A DNA stretch of 64,000 nucleotides from NCBI RefSeq assembly GCF_022045235.1, contig NW_027266269.1, positions 27,156,001 to 27,220,000 on the forward strand, written 5' to 3'. The translations under genes and the position numbers were made by a program. This document shows, piece by piece, positions 1 through 11,108 of this stretch; the stretch's first letter is position 1, and every line of letters starts with the position of its first letter. The stretch is from Haliotis cracherodii (lineage: Eukaryota). The notes beneath the pieces are model-generated. The model saw only the letters and a program-made list of their open reading frames with translations, searched no databases and was not told the DNA's origin.

Positions 1-92
1 ACAGGCCTGGGAACCCATGATAGCATGTCATTTGACTGTGTCTAAAACTAAGTGTGCCTTATTCATTTCCATCAGTATATAATTGATGAAGA

Positions 93-188
93 GTGAGTGA
101 GTGAATATGGTTTTACGCCGCTTTTAGCAATATCCCAGCAATATCACGGCGGGGGACACCAGAAATGAGCTTCACACATTGTACCCAT
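93..188 (-). mobile_element. SINE family 1, 5'-truncated copy
   Basis: (GAGT)n tail and the family-1 3' body; the target-site duplication ATAATTGATGAAGAG flanks both sides (~79-93 and ~188-202). Confidence 0.9.
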
Positions 189-499
189 AATTGATGAAGA
201 GGTGGGATACGCTAGATAAGTATATATAAAGAAATGCACACAGTAATGACACAAAACGAATTGTTGGGTGTTTGTGGGTTACAATTTCCCCCTGAAGATA
301 CCACTGAAACATGTCGATAACAACGTACATACCAAACACACAGACGGCAAAGCGTTCCTGTTTTACTTTTTCAATAGTTTCCACAAAAGAATGTTTTGTT
401 TAAATCTACCAGAAAGTGTCAGAAAGTAGGGATATGTTTTAAGTTATTTAACACACTCGTTGCTATCAGCTCGTGAATAGGAATCGGCCTCCGTGATAT

Positions 500-1240
500 A
501 TACTCTCCCCAGTAGCTGATGTTCGAAACTAACAGATGATTATAAACATACAAATAGGTGTCCAGTGATGAACAAGGGCTAGGTGTAACATGGCGATCAA
601 AAACCTATGTTGGTTGCATATTGTAACGGTGCAAGCAACTAAGAAAGACAACAGCAGTGTGTAGTCAAAATATGAACGTTTGAGATGATTTGATCAGTAA
701 TGGTCATACCTAATATAACAATTGGTCAACCATTCAGTTACTTGTATACGGCGTGGCATGGTCTAAATCAAACCCCCAGTAGCAATTTGAGGCAGTCTTG
801 TCCACTCCATCGCAACGCCAGGCCAAGGTCAGCTAATGAAGTATGTGGACCTTGACGTCGGCGCACAAGTCTCCCGATCATGTCCATTTTGGTGATGTTT
901 TGCTCCAGGCACGTCCACAACTATTCAACTTTTCGTTTGGGAGCGAATGTTTTAACCACTGGGCCACCGGACAGCCTCTTGACTCATGAGAACATTACAC
1001 GAGACCATCGGCAACTCCACATTTTTTTACAATCAAAGCACCATTGCCGTCTGGCTAAAATGTATTGATTTGTTAATGGTGGTACAACACGTGGTCGCCG
1101 AGTATGCATATTATCTGCAGGAGTACGACTCAATTCTTGTGGCTTAGCGCCAGCTACTCGTTTTGATGACATCTGTAATGTTTTGGTCAAATCTAACTTC
1201 AAATACATTCTTTCTTTAACCCAGATGTTTACATGTCGAG
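500..1240 (-). mobile_element. Degenerate Tc1/mariner transposon remnant
   Basis: ORF 984..1208(-) reads RRPRVVPPLTNQYILARRQWC...RWSRVMFS, matching the Tc1 'RP...LT..H...R..W....W..V.FSDE' region; the mirror copy is at 39520-40563. Confidence 0.75.
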
Positions 1241-3519
1241 TTGTAAATCTATTTGGTCACCTCTTACGACTGGCATAGGTTTCTGTGGACCAGTTCTGAC
1301 TCGGAATCCCTACAGCGTCGAGTGATCTGACAAAGTATATATTTTCGTGAGAAGCACAACGTATACCATGAGTAAACCTATCAACATGATAATGTCACGG
1401 AGTAAGACAAACACGTGTATCAGGAAGACTGGTATTGATGTGACAGCATAGAAATGTTTGCCAGAATGACTAAACCAAAAGCAATCTCTGCTTCAATTAA
1501 TTTATGAAACTTCTGTTCATCATAATCTTAAAACGTTGTCCGTGATACCTGTAATATTGCTACATACATGCATATGTACATTCGTCTGAAAATATTACAA
1601 GCTCCTCTTTTTGCAATTGGAAGACTATAAAACTGTTATGTTCACTTATAGAACCCTTGGCACGAGACTGAAAGCAGACCGGACTGAATGGATTACACTG
1701 TCACGAAAACGAAAAGCAACTTAAGTAAATACTTAGTGATTTATCACACAAAGGAGAAAAATACTATTTGCCATTTGTTGTTTTGTTTTTCAGTGGAGAA
1801 ATTAAACGAATTCATGACAGGATAAATCAAACCAAAGGCACACACGTGATTTCCACAATAGAACTAAATGTTTTCCAAGACGTTGCCAAGTTGAAGTGCA
1901 AGCTACCCGAGTAATGCGTTTCCGGGGGTCAGTAAGTCTTGATATACGAGCAAAGACGACCTCAGGTTATCAGCCAGCTCTATCTCCTGGAGCCTTGCTG
2001 CTCGTACACCAGGACATGGACAGGGATCACGTCTAGCCATCGATACATGCCATGGAGCCATATACACAGTTCGTCGACTGTTGCATCGTAAAGGACTGGA
2101 AAAGTAGAAAACTTCTGATTGGGAATAATAACTTTGCGAATGAAATCTACACAGTTTTGTCTACCGTATGAATGGAAAATTTGCGATTCATACGATTTTT
2201 TACTCGGCGACTGGTTGCAATATTCTTGACAATTATTAAATATTGTGACCTTTATTGAACGAGGGACAAGTGTTTATGTGTGCCTGAGACCGAGCATACT
2301 GTACGACATTGCCCAAAACTGATTTAATAATAAGTCTTCTATTTGTGATGCTGTCCTTGATATTCACCATTGACAGGGGACATTTTGTGGTAACAACGCA
2401 AGAACAAGAACGGTCTACATGTCGATACAGACAGTCCACAGAAACACACTCTATCTATTACAGTCAAAGAGTAACAGGAATCATCACATTGGTGACCCTG
2501 GAAGCATCTGTCCTGGAACTTCAATAACATATCATCCATCCATGACCTACATCCACACCATCAATCCATCAATTGACTTGAAACGTGACCCATATCTATA
2601 ATCGGTCAATTATCTACAGGCAAATTAGAGCCAAATTTGCCACCTTTCAGTTGACGTTAAGTGTTGAGATTCTCGTACAGGGGAACCGCTACCGCCTGAT
2701 TCCTATGACAAAGTGATGGATGGCCGGGGTCAAGAGTGTGTATGTCGCATTTCTAGTGCTGTACAACTAGAGCTACGGAAAGCAGCGAGACGCCTCATTA
2801 TATCAGTGGCCGGACACAAGGTGAGCAGGCCCATGTTGGTTGGATATACCATGGAGGCGGTGAAATTACAGACTATCTAACACTTGACAGTGCTGCCATG
2901 ATGGGAAACAGAAACCTTATGTCGTGTCACAAGATGTGACAGCCAACGTATCTGAGGTACCTATCGACTAGCAAGCAAATACATATAGTACTTTGTTTGA
3001 AGTCTCGCGGGAGTCGTTGTCTAGATGTTTGTCTGCCGTACCTGAGATATTAATGCCAAACGTAATATATACAAGACCAAATGAATAACTTTGTATTAAG
3101 ACTACCTCATGCTGATATATGGACACTGGATGCTTCTTAGACGTTGTTCAAACAGTTGTCTCATGGAGATAGCATTACCTAGAGGGACTGATGTAAATGA
3201 ACGCCAAATGACCGGTTGTCAGCTCAGGTTGTAAATCCTCAAGGACGAGAAAAGAGAATTATATTTGATTCGTGATCACCACTTAAAGCACTATTTCTGT
3301 ACTGCCCTGTCTGTTAGTTTCATAAGGTGTGATGGTACAGAGGGTTGTCGGTACTGAAGGACAAACAGAAATCGTCGGGTTAAATCTTGGATTTGACTTC
3401 AAAGCCTTAGAGTTTGTTTATTTGCTTGTTGTTTAACGTTGCACTCAGCTATATGACGGCGGTCAAGACCGTTAATCGTGTGAACAGGACGGAGTAACAC
3501 ATTTCCTCATAACATTTCC

Positions 3520-4235
3520 TATGTTTTCTTATGTGATGTCAGCCACATATGTGTCAATGGTTCCGATCAATTAGGATCATTACGCAGTGTTCATCAAATC
3601 AAGATGTATGTAAGCCTTCCAGCACTGTTTGCCGACTGAGATGTCAGCGTCTACCAAATCCTTTGCAATCAGCCCCAAGTGCCCAATTATTGCCGTTAAT
3701 GGTGATTTGAATGTGAGATCTGCGACAGTGTGCTAAGTGCCCACCCTTGAGCTATAGTGTAGAGGATTACATATGTCATCACACCCTGAGAGCCTGGTTA
3801 CTTGCAGATATGTTGCTGTAGTGGGTTGATCGTTCCTTACCGCCATTTGCATACCAATGTCGTGTCGCAGGAACAGACACACCGAATACTTCTAGCTTTT
3901 CTTATCTGATGTTAGCCACATATATGTCAATTGTTCCGATCAATTAGGGTCAGTATCCAGTGTTCCTTAAATCAAGATGTATGTAAGCCTTCTGGCACTG
4001 TTTGCAAGACTAAGATGTCTACGTCTACCAAATTTTGGGCAATCAGCCCCAAGTGCCCAATTATAGCTGTTAATGGTGATTTGAATGTGAAATCTGCGAC
4101 AGTGTGCCAAGTGCCCACCCTTGAGCTATAGTGTAGATGATTACATATGTCATCACAGCCTGAAGGCCTGGTTACTTGTAGATATGTTGCTGTAGTGGGC
4201 TCATCATGTCTTATGGCCACTTGCAGACACACCGA
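3520..4235 (+). repeat. Tandem duplication of a ~370-bp block (two copies)
   Basis: 3520-3885 and 3895-4235 align (e.g. caatcagccccaagtgcccaattat, gtgcccacccttgagctatagtgtag); unit E has a single inverted copy at ~36500-36880. Confidence 0.92.
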
Positions 4236-4534
4236 TGGCTATGGTACTTGGCTGACATTAAGCTAATCTGTAGATGTAAAGTTTTAATAACTTGGTAGCA
4301 TTTACTACACATATTGAACAGGCAAAGGAGAACCACTTCTATTTAAAGCATTTATATTGTATGTATATGCAAAGGTTTGTAAAATCTTACAGGCCGATTA
4401 CCCAGCTGACAGTCCAACACTGTGACAGTCAAAAACAACTTGTTACTTTGTTGTGGGGGTGGGGTTCACTACAAAATTGTGATGGGAAAACAGATTATTT
4501 CATGCATGCTTATCTCATGTATATGAATATGCAC

Positions 4535-4700
4535 AAATGTAATAGCATGCACGTATGTACGTGTGTACGAGTGTGGCTGCTTGTACTTGTCCGGTCTTAT
4601 GCCAATTTTATAGTGCTGGAACACCATGCCGCAGTTCAACAAATATACCCAACTGAGACACAATATATTGACTCCATGCTAATCAGCCCAAACTTGTCTT
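4535..4700 (-). mobile_element. Old SINE family 3 fragment carried in the duplicated unit
   Basis: Diverged match to the family-3 3' half (gtgtggctgcttgtact, catgccgcagtt, gagacacaatatattgactcc); mirrored at ~36200-36350 and ~24395-24480. Confidence 0.65.
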
Positions 4701-5470
4701 ACCCCAAAGTGACCAACGATTTTATATGCTTTGTGTTGGTATGTCTCCATAAATTTTTACCATGACCCTCAAAGTGCTTACATTTTTATCTCTGTCAAAA
4801 GATCAGTGTGCTCTCGATTTTCATTCTCAGCTTCTAGGGGAGTATACCACGCATTTCCCAGCATGTCTGATGCATATTATGTGCAGACGACGTTCCATTT
4901 AGTTTGACACATACCACTTACTTGCTGATATTTAGTGCCAGAAAACTTAATTTACTGTTAATAGCGTCTCACTCTAATATGATTAGTGTGGCGAGCTCAG
5001 GCACCTACTGCTACAAGACTGACCTTGGGTAGCTTGCCAATATTTCACCTGCCACTGCAGACAGTACGTACTTAACTTTCATCATGGAGTAGAAGGAGTG
5101 AAGGCGTTCACTCGTCAAGAGGTTAATTCAACCTATGGCCCATATACGTGAATGTCAACATATCAAACGAGGACAATACACTCTACCCTTTGTTTTTTCC
5201 ATCCTATTTCCATACATATTATGAAATACCTTTGAACCCTTTTAAAAGTGATGTGTCATATAAGTCTCATATTTCATACAGAGGAATGGAAAGGAAGGGA
5301 TGCTGTGCTTTAACGTTAACTTTTGCCGAAATACAGAATTAATTACAGATTAGAAGACCAGTCAGTACTGAATGTCAACAGAAATATCCTCCAGTGTACT
5401 TCTCCAGAAAACAATGCACAAATCTTGTCCTGAAACTAAAACCAAGGTTTTGTTCAACACGTCCTATCCC

Positions 5471-6030
5471 ATCTTCCCGAGGCAAGGGCCTAAGCTGAAT
5501 ATATTAGTCCAGTTTCCACCCTTGCCGAACATGGCTGGAATTACTAGGCTCGAACGTAGCCCCACCAATGGCTATTTCAAGTGATGTTCCTTCTTTGTCC
5601 CTCCTATTGACCAAACATGATCAGATTCCTTCCCTCATATCACTTGAATTTGCTTAAAACTAAATAGAGGTGCATAGTCTAGACGATCTGATCGATAAAC
5701 AATATCGATTTTGTTATAAAACGGGTCTTACCCTGCGAATTGCATCAGATCACTTGAGCACCTTGATTAAAAACATGAAAAGATTTGCGAAATATCTGTC
5801 GATGCCCAGTTGACGGTACACATGCATTGTAAATCCATCAGTCGACCGAAATATGCTCGTGGACATCCATGTTGTTTTCGAACCGGATGTCTGGTTCGTT
5901 ACGCGATTTTGATGGGACTATGCACAGACTCGTCAGTCCACCCAAACTGTAACTCCGGAATTCCAGCAAAGTTTGGCAAAGGTGGAAACTGGACTTTTAT
6001 AGTTAGTTAAAGCCCTTGCCTCGGGAAGAT
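5471..6030. mobile_element. Non-autonomous DNA transposon (MITE-like) with terminal inverted repeats
   Basis: Perfect 19-bp TIR ATCTTCCCGAGGCAAGGGC / GCCCTTGCCTCGGGAAGAT plus a subterminal inverted repeat (~5508-5543 vs ~5958-5996); absent from the paralogous sites at ~13300-13325 and ~35232-35270. Confidence 0.85.
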
Positions 6031-6336
6031 TATCTTAGATGGACATTTTGTTCAATGCGTCTTACCCGTTTCCCTGTTGTTCCTGCTAATAAATTTCATT
6101 TGTGTGAATACTGACTGCCCGAAACAAACTTCATAACATACACTTAGTCCATTGAAGAAACATTCCGAGGGATATAGTTTGGTGTTTGTGTGAATTGAAT
6201 CCATTCTGAAATGCCAGGATTATCACTGTAAGGCGAAAATATTTCTCGATTTTGCTCAACTAATTCTATACTTGAAGATCCCGAGGCGCGTGAAGAAAGC
6301 ACCAGAAGAACAATGGATATCGGCAGAAGGCAAATA

Positions 6337-6416
6337 CCATGTGTGGAAGTCGAGAGCTTTTAACGTAACAATTGTTTCCTGCATCCCTCAGGCGTTGTGA
6401 ATGGAGGAAACCTCAG
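6337..6416 (+). other. Invariant 80-bp non-coding core, copy 1 of 4 (function unknown)
   Basis: CCATGTGTGGAAGTCGAGAGC...GAATGGAGGAAACCTCAG is identical at 6337-6416(+), 13573-13652(+), 23935-24014(-) and 33333-33412(-). Confidence 0.9.
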
Positions 6417-6926
6417 AGTAATTAACCAGTGAAGCATTTGACTTTTTCTCTGACGTCTAGTGTCTTTTTATGCTGAGATTTAATGCCACAGTGCACAGTG
6501 ACAGCGTGTGGAGGGGTTAGGTTGCTTCGCGTGATTATTATTGCATCTGTTAAATGGATATTGAAATCCTTTCGCGAACACTTGGTGTCATCACTGCTGC
6601 CACCTACACAAACACCTTATTATTAGTATCAAGATGGCTTGGACTACTTTTGTTTGTCATGATTCAGATCACAAACCCGACTTGTATATGTGGTTAATAT
6701 TTAATAACATTTCAAAACATGTGTGCGAAGTTCAAGCTTTGGTCTCTTGACACCAATTCACACCAAAAACCTCGTCTGCAACACAAGACTCCATTCCTCC
6801 ACCATTCAACTGAAACGCTTGGTATAACTAAGATACAGACCACGGGAGCTCGACGCAAAACCAACTCACTGACACAACAAATATTTGGAACCTGGTTTTC
6901 GATATCAACATGACAATATCATTCAA

Positions 6927-7200
6927 GGGGGCACGGGTGGTCCAGCCGTCTTAGGCTCCGCGATTCGCTTTGCCTCGTTGCGTCCCTTTGGCGCGCTGCA
7001 AACCTATGGTTGTGGGTTCGAATCCCGGTTCGCCCCGACTATGTTTCTAGGTTTGTCAGCACCATACCCGTGCTCGTTGGTTTCACCGAAGTGGTAAACT
7101 CTGAGACCTGCATGACTTCGGGCTTCCTCCCACATTAAGCTGACACGCAATGATATAACTAGAAGGCTGTTAAAAGCGGCGTTAAATCAAACTCACTCAC
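6927..7200 (+). mobile_element. SINE family 2 (tRNA-derived head, V-SINE-like body), full length
   Basis: A-box-like GGTGGTCCAGCCGTCTTAGGC, B box GGGTTCGAATCCC, body ...ggcttcctcccacattaagctgac..., tail gcggcgttaaa plus (ACTC)n; near-identical copies elsewhere in the window. Confidence 0.9.
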
Positions 7201-7239
7201 ACATGTAATGCAATTGTTATTTTTGCAATTGACTTCACG

Positions 7240-8200
7240 TCACTGCATTGTGTGATTGAGTATGACAGTTTCATGACGAGATAACAGCTGTTTCATATCT
7301 GCATTGTGTGAATGTAGCAAGGTAGTGCATAATCCAGGGACAAGGTGTACCCTTTACTATCCAATTCACTCGCTAGTTACAATCCTACGTCCGTTCTGTT
7401 TCTTGGTATTCCTGGTATTGTTTTACCAAAATAAACAAATGTGAAAGGCGCTACTGAGAATGCTTACATAGAATGGTTATGTTATGTGAGGCCTCATCAG
7501 TGAGAACAACGACGAACCCTACGGGTAGAGCAGACATACTTTGGGTTACAGCTGGTTGGGAACGAATGGATTTATTCCAGTTCTGTTTCCTCTCTTTCAG
7601 CTTGTGATTTCTACTATCGACAGCATCATGCATTTAATTCAACCCACTCTGAAACACATACAACACGTAAAATGTTCTCTGATCTGCTTCGACAGCATCC
7701 ATAATTATTTTAACGTTGTGATCACAATTGGGATGATGCTCCTCACGATAGTTTGGTCCATATTTAAAAAAACTGACGAAGTTTACTACCAGTTCATAAA
7801 TTAGTATCAATTCCCTTGTTTACAATTTTCAGATTGAGCTGATCTAATGAAGTCTGTTTCTCTTTTGGACAAACGTTTCAAAGCAACATCAAGAACTGTA
7901 CTCTCTTTTCGACACTGTGGGTTGTAACTGTTTATAGACCTATCCATTAGCGAATGTTACTTGTATCGTTTGATTTCTTTTGACCACCAAGAGTATAGTC
8001 TTGTTCCTTTTTGTGTAGTCCCAGTGCTTTCTCCCGGAGAAGGGGCCACGGGTGACCAAATCGTCTCCACAGCGAATCGCGTCATCCGTTGGGCACGCCA
8101 GAAACCTATCCTTATGGGTTCGAATCCCGGTTTCTCTCAGTTAATAAATTAGTATCAACCCCCTTGTTTACATTTTTTAGATTCAGGAACATTCCCTCTG
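7240..8200 (-). mobile_element. Degenerate Penelope-like retroelement ORF fragment (region N-terminal to the RT core)
   Basis: Minus-strand translations give LKIVNKGID and MHDAVDSRNHKLKE...PAVTQSMSALPVGFVVVLTDEASHNITILCK, resembling the PLE 'NKGID...KGPKYREP...YVLVPADKASNNIVFVCK' segment. Confidence 0.75.
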
Positions 8201-8964
8201 TTTCTGATTTAATGAAGGGTACATTACTTTACATTTCATGTGGCAGCCTACGCAAACCTAACTTTTATAGATGTCTAAATATAAACAAATATCCAATGAT
8301 TGTGGATTTGAATCTCAGCTGACATTTCACATGGTTTATGATGCGCTTATGGCTTTCAGCATGGCATTTGTAAATGAACTGCCCCACTTTATCAGTTCGT
8401 CTGACACACTGTGATACATAGAATACTAAACGAGCTTCCGTGTAATACAAATTTTATGAAACGAGTGAATAGTTTGTTATCTGACGAGCAAAGGCGTGTC
8501 AGATATCAGAACTATGCAAGAGGCAGTCATGATTTAAGCTAAATTGATAGCTCAATTTCAGTTATGCATAAACCTTCAGTGACAATATCTGTTGTGTTGA
8601 TTTTTCCTTTGGTATTTCTTTTTAACCTTCGTATGACCTTTCCGATCAGATGACTTTCAGAGCCTTGTGGCTCTATTATTTCCAATTTTGTTCTGCAGTG
8701 AGCCGCCTAATTTCAATAATAATGTCACAGTAACACTGTCCTCTTCAATACTATGCAGTAGTTCATTAGTCAGGACAAAGTCTTTCATTAGTCTTTCAGA
8801 GATATTTTCCTCGTAAAACACATGTTTTTTAACAAAAGCAGACACCATTACAGCATTGCTTTAAAATTCAGTATGAGAGCTATTTATATATTAATTGATT
8901 ATTTTCTCTTGTTAAAGTTTTGATTATAGTAATGTGGGTTTCATACATTGGAAAACGATGTACA

Positions 8965-10230
8965 ACATGCGTCTCACTGGGGAGTCCCCCAGTGTTAACC
9001 TGACACGGCATGATATTACTCAAATGCGGAATACACACGCATTACAAATCAGAGTATTGCGAATATTATTGTCCTCAGCCTTTTCTGACTTGGTAAAAAC
9101 ATGGCCCTTAGTTATGTAATGCTCCTTCACAATGTTTGTTTGTTCCAAACTGAAGCTGACACGCCCTGATAATCCAAATAATCGACTTATTGAGCTGGTG
9201 ATATTTTATTCAACATCTTCCTATGGATGACGTATAGTGTATATATACAACCGACCAACAAAAAGGAAACTGATAAAATGATAGTGAAAGGTGTGATGTC
9301 GATAGATATCTGATAAAGGTTTGGGCTCATATATCAATATCTGGGGTGTCCACCATGTTGGTCGATACTTGCACGACATCTTGATGGCATACTGTTGAAT
9401 AGCATGACTGTGTTTGGTTGTCCTTGGTATTGCACGCCATTCCACCCGAAGAGCTGCCCCAAACTGGACCAAACTGTCGTGTGTTGGGTCAAATTGCAAT
9501 CCCTTTGTAAATATCAGTCAGTTATTTCCACATCAACATGTATCACTATGACATCATGACGAATAAGGTTATATGATGTTTAGCATAATTATTAGATTAA
9601 TATATAATCCTTTTATTCTATATTAACATGTTCGCAATCGATCCTGAAACTCTGATTTACATGAAACCCAGCAATGCTGCCATATATATTCGGCATTTTG
9701 GGACCATAACTGAATGTGTTGTGTTTTAGTGCTTCTATATTTCATCATGAACATGCCGTGAAGATATCAGATTTGTGGATATCTCCTTTGGTGTTCCTTC
9801 TGTCTCGTCATATGATCTTTCCGATGCCTCACAAAGCCTCATGGCTCTTTTATGTTCAAATTTGTTCTGCAATGAACCACTTAATTAAAATTTTAATTAC
9901 ACTGTAACACTGCCTTCAGATCAACGACTTGCGTCACTTTGTGGAGTCCTCCAGTCTTAACCCTGACACGGAATGATACTCAAATACTGAATTCTCACTC
10001 ACTCACTGATGACATATCAGAGTAATGCGATCATTATTGTCCTTAATGTTTTCTGACTTCCTGACTATACGGTCTTCATTTGTCAAATGCTGCTTCACAA
10101 AGTGTTGTTGCTCCCACATGAAGCTGACACGTCCTGGAATGACTGAAGTCCAAATCATTTGATGGCTAGAACTTATTGTGCTAAAGATATTCTTAGTCAA
10201 TATCATCCTTAGGATGACGCATTCTATATA
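8965..10230 (+). repeat. Direct repeat of ~280 bp (8965-9240 and 9925-10230) bracketing a Tc1 remnant
   Basis: Shared strings such as gcgtc(t)cact..ggagtcc, tattactcaaat, attattgtcct, tgaagctgacacg and ggatgacg. Confidence 0.8.
9325..9500 (-). mobile_element. Tc1 transposase C-terminal remnant
   Basis: Minus strand reads AALRVEWRAIP, then after a frameshift NSMPSRCRASIDQHGGHPRY-stop, the typical Tc1 end 'L.EEW..IP...SM.RRC..VI...GGHT.Y'. Confidence 0.75.
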
Positions 10231-10834
10231 ACGAGTACCAATCAGTTCATCTTACACAGAATCAGTTTTTCACCATAATTCAGCCAAATGTGAGGAAAAG
10301 TCACCAGGAAGTATCAACACAAATGTGAAATGATTATGTTACCCGCTGCTTTCGTTTGGAGTACTCTACACACGAGATCCATAAAAAGTAATTCCTCGTT
10401 GGTAGCTCGCTCTATTGTGAGAGATGGACTGTGAACGTGATGTGGTCTGGTTGCTGCTTATCCAGTTCAGACTTGAGGGAACAGGACAGACATTTGATTA
10501 AACGTAACAAGACACACAATAGGATATCCTGTCGCTTGATTACATGTTTAAAGTACATTGCCTATATATGATTTATCATACTTTACATGCTCCAGACAGA
10601 CATGACATATTATTACGTACAACATGACCACTTGTCGCTAGAGGTTGCTATAAATACTTAAAAGTATGCCGTCAGAACGTTTCTTTATCGACTAAAGGGA
10701 CATGATCAGTTCCATTGTGAGACCAGGTTAATTCCGTGTTGCCGTACGCTGATTGTAGCTCAGTGTAAATTGTTCTTTTAGCGATGAATTGCGGGTATAA
10801 CTGGCAAATTCATTCACCCATTCACTACGCTGAG

Positions 10835-11108
10835 GACCCGTGAAGAAACGGGGTAGAATAGGTCTTCAGCAACCAATGCTTGCTGTTAAAGGCGACTATG
10901 TTTGTCGTAAAGGGCGACTAACGAGATCGGGTGGTCAGGCTCGCTGACTTGGTTGAAGAATGTCATCGATCCCAATTGCGTGGATCGATGCTCATGATAT
11001 CAATCCCTGGATTCTCTGGTACAGACTCGATTATTTTCAGACCGCCGCCATATAGCTGGAATATTGCTGAGTTCGGCGTAAAAACAAACAAACAAACAAA
11101 CAAACAAA
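10835..11108 (+). mobile_element. SINE-like family 4 (no recognisable tRNA head), full length
   Basis: Starts GACCCGTGAAGA and ends in (CAAA)n; 12-bp TSD CACTACGCTGAG at 10823-10834 and 11109-11120; empty site in the mirror copy at ~22875-22895. Confidence 0.92.

Noticed and set aside
1940-2110. Faint cadherin-like peptide (AIDTCHGAIYTVRRL)
   Set aside because: Lacks LDRE/DxND motifs, is bounded by stops, and has indels in the unit C copy.
6278-6400. Short ORF through the conserved core (PRRVKKAPEEQW...PQAL) and a signal-peptide-like antisense frame (GICLLPISIVLLVLSSRASG)
   Set aside because: Premature TAG in unit C and an indel in E; the antisense frame has no start codon before an upstream stop; substitutions are not synonymous-biased.
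6289-6455. Core as a known small RNA (C/D snoRNA, U7, SECIS, pre-miRNA)
   Set aside because: The C box is imperfect and the D box is missing in unit B; there is no convincing Sm site; the hairpin (~38 nt) is too short for a pre-miRNA or SECIS stem.
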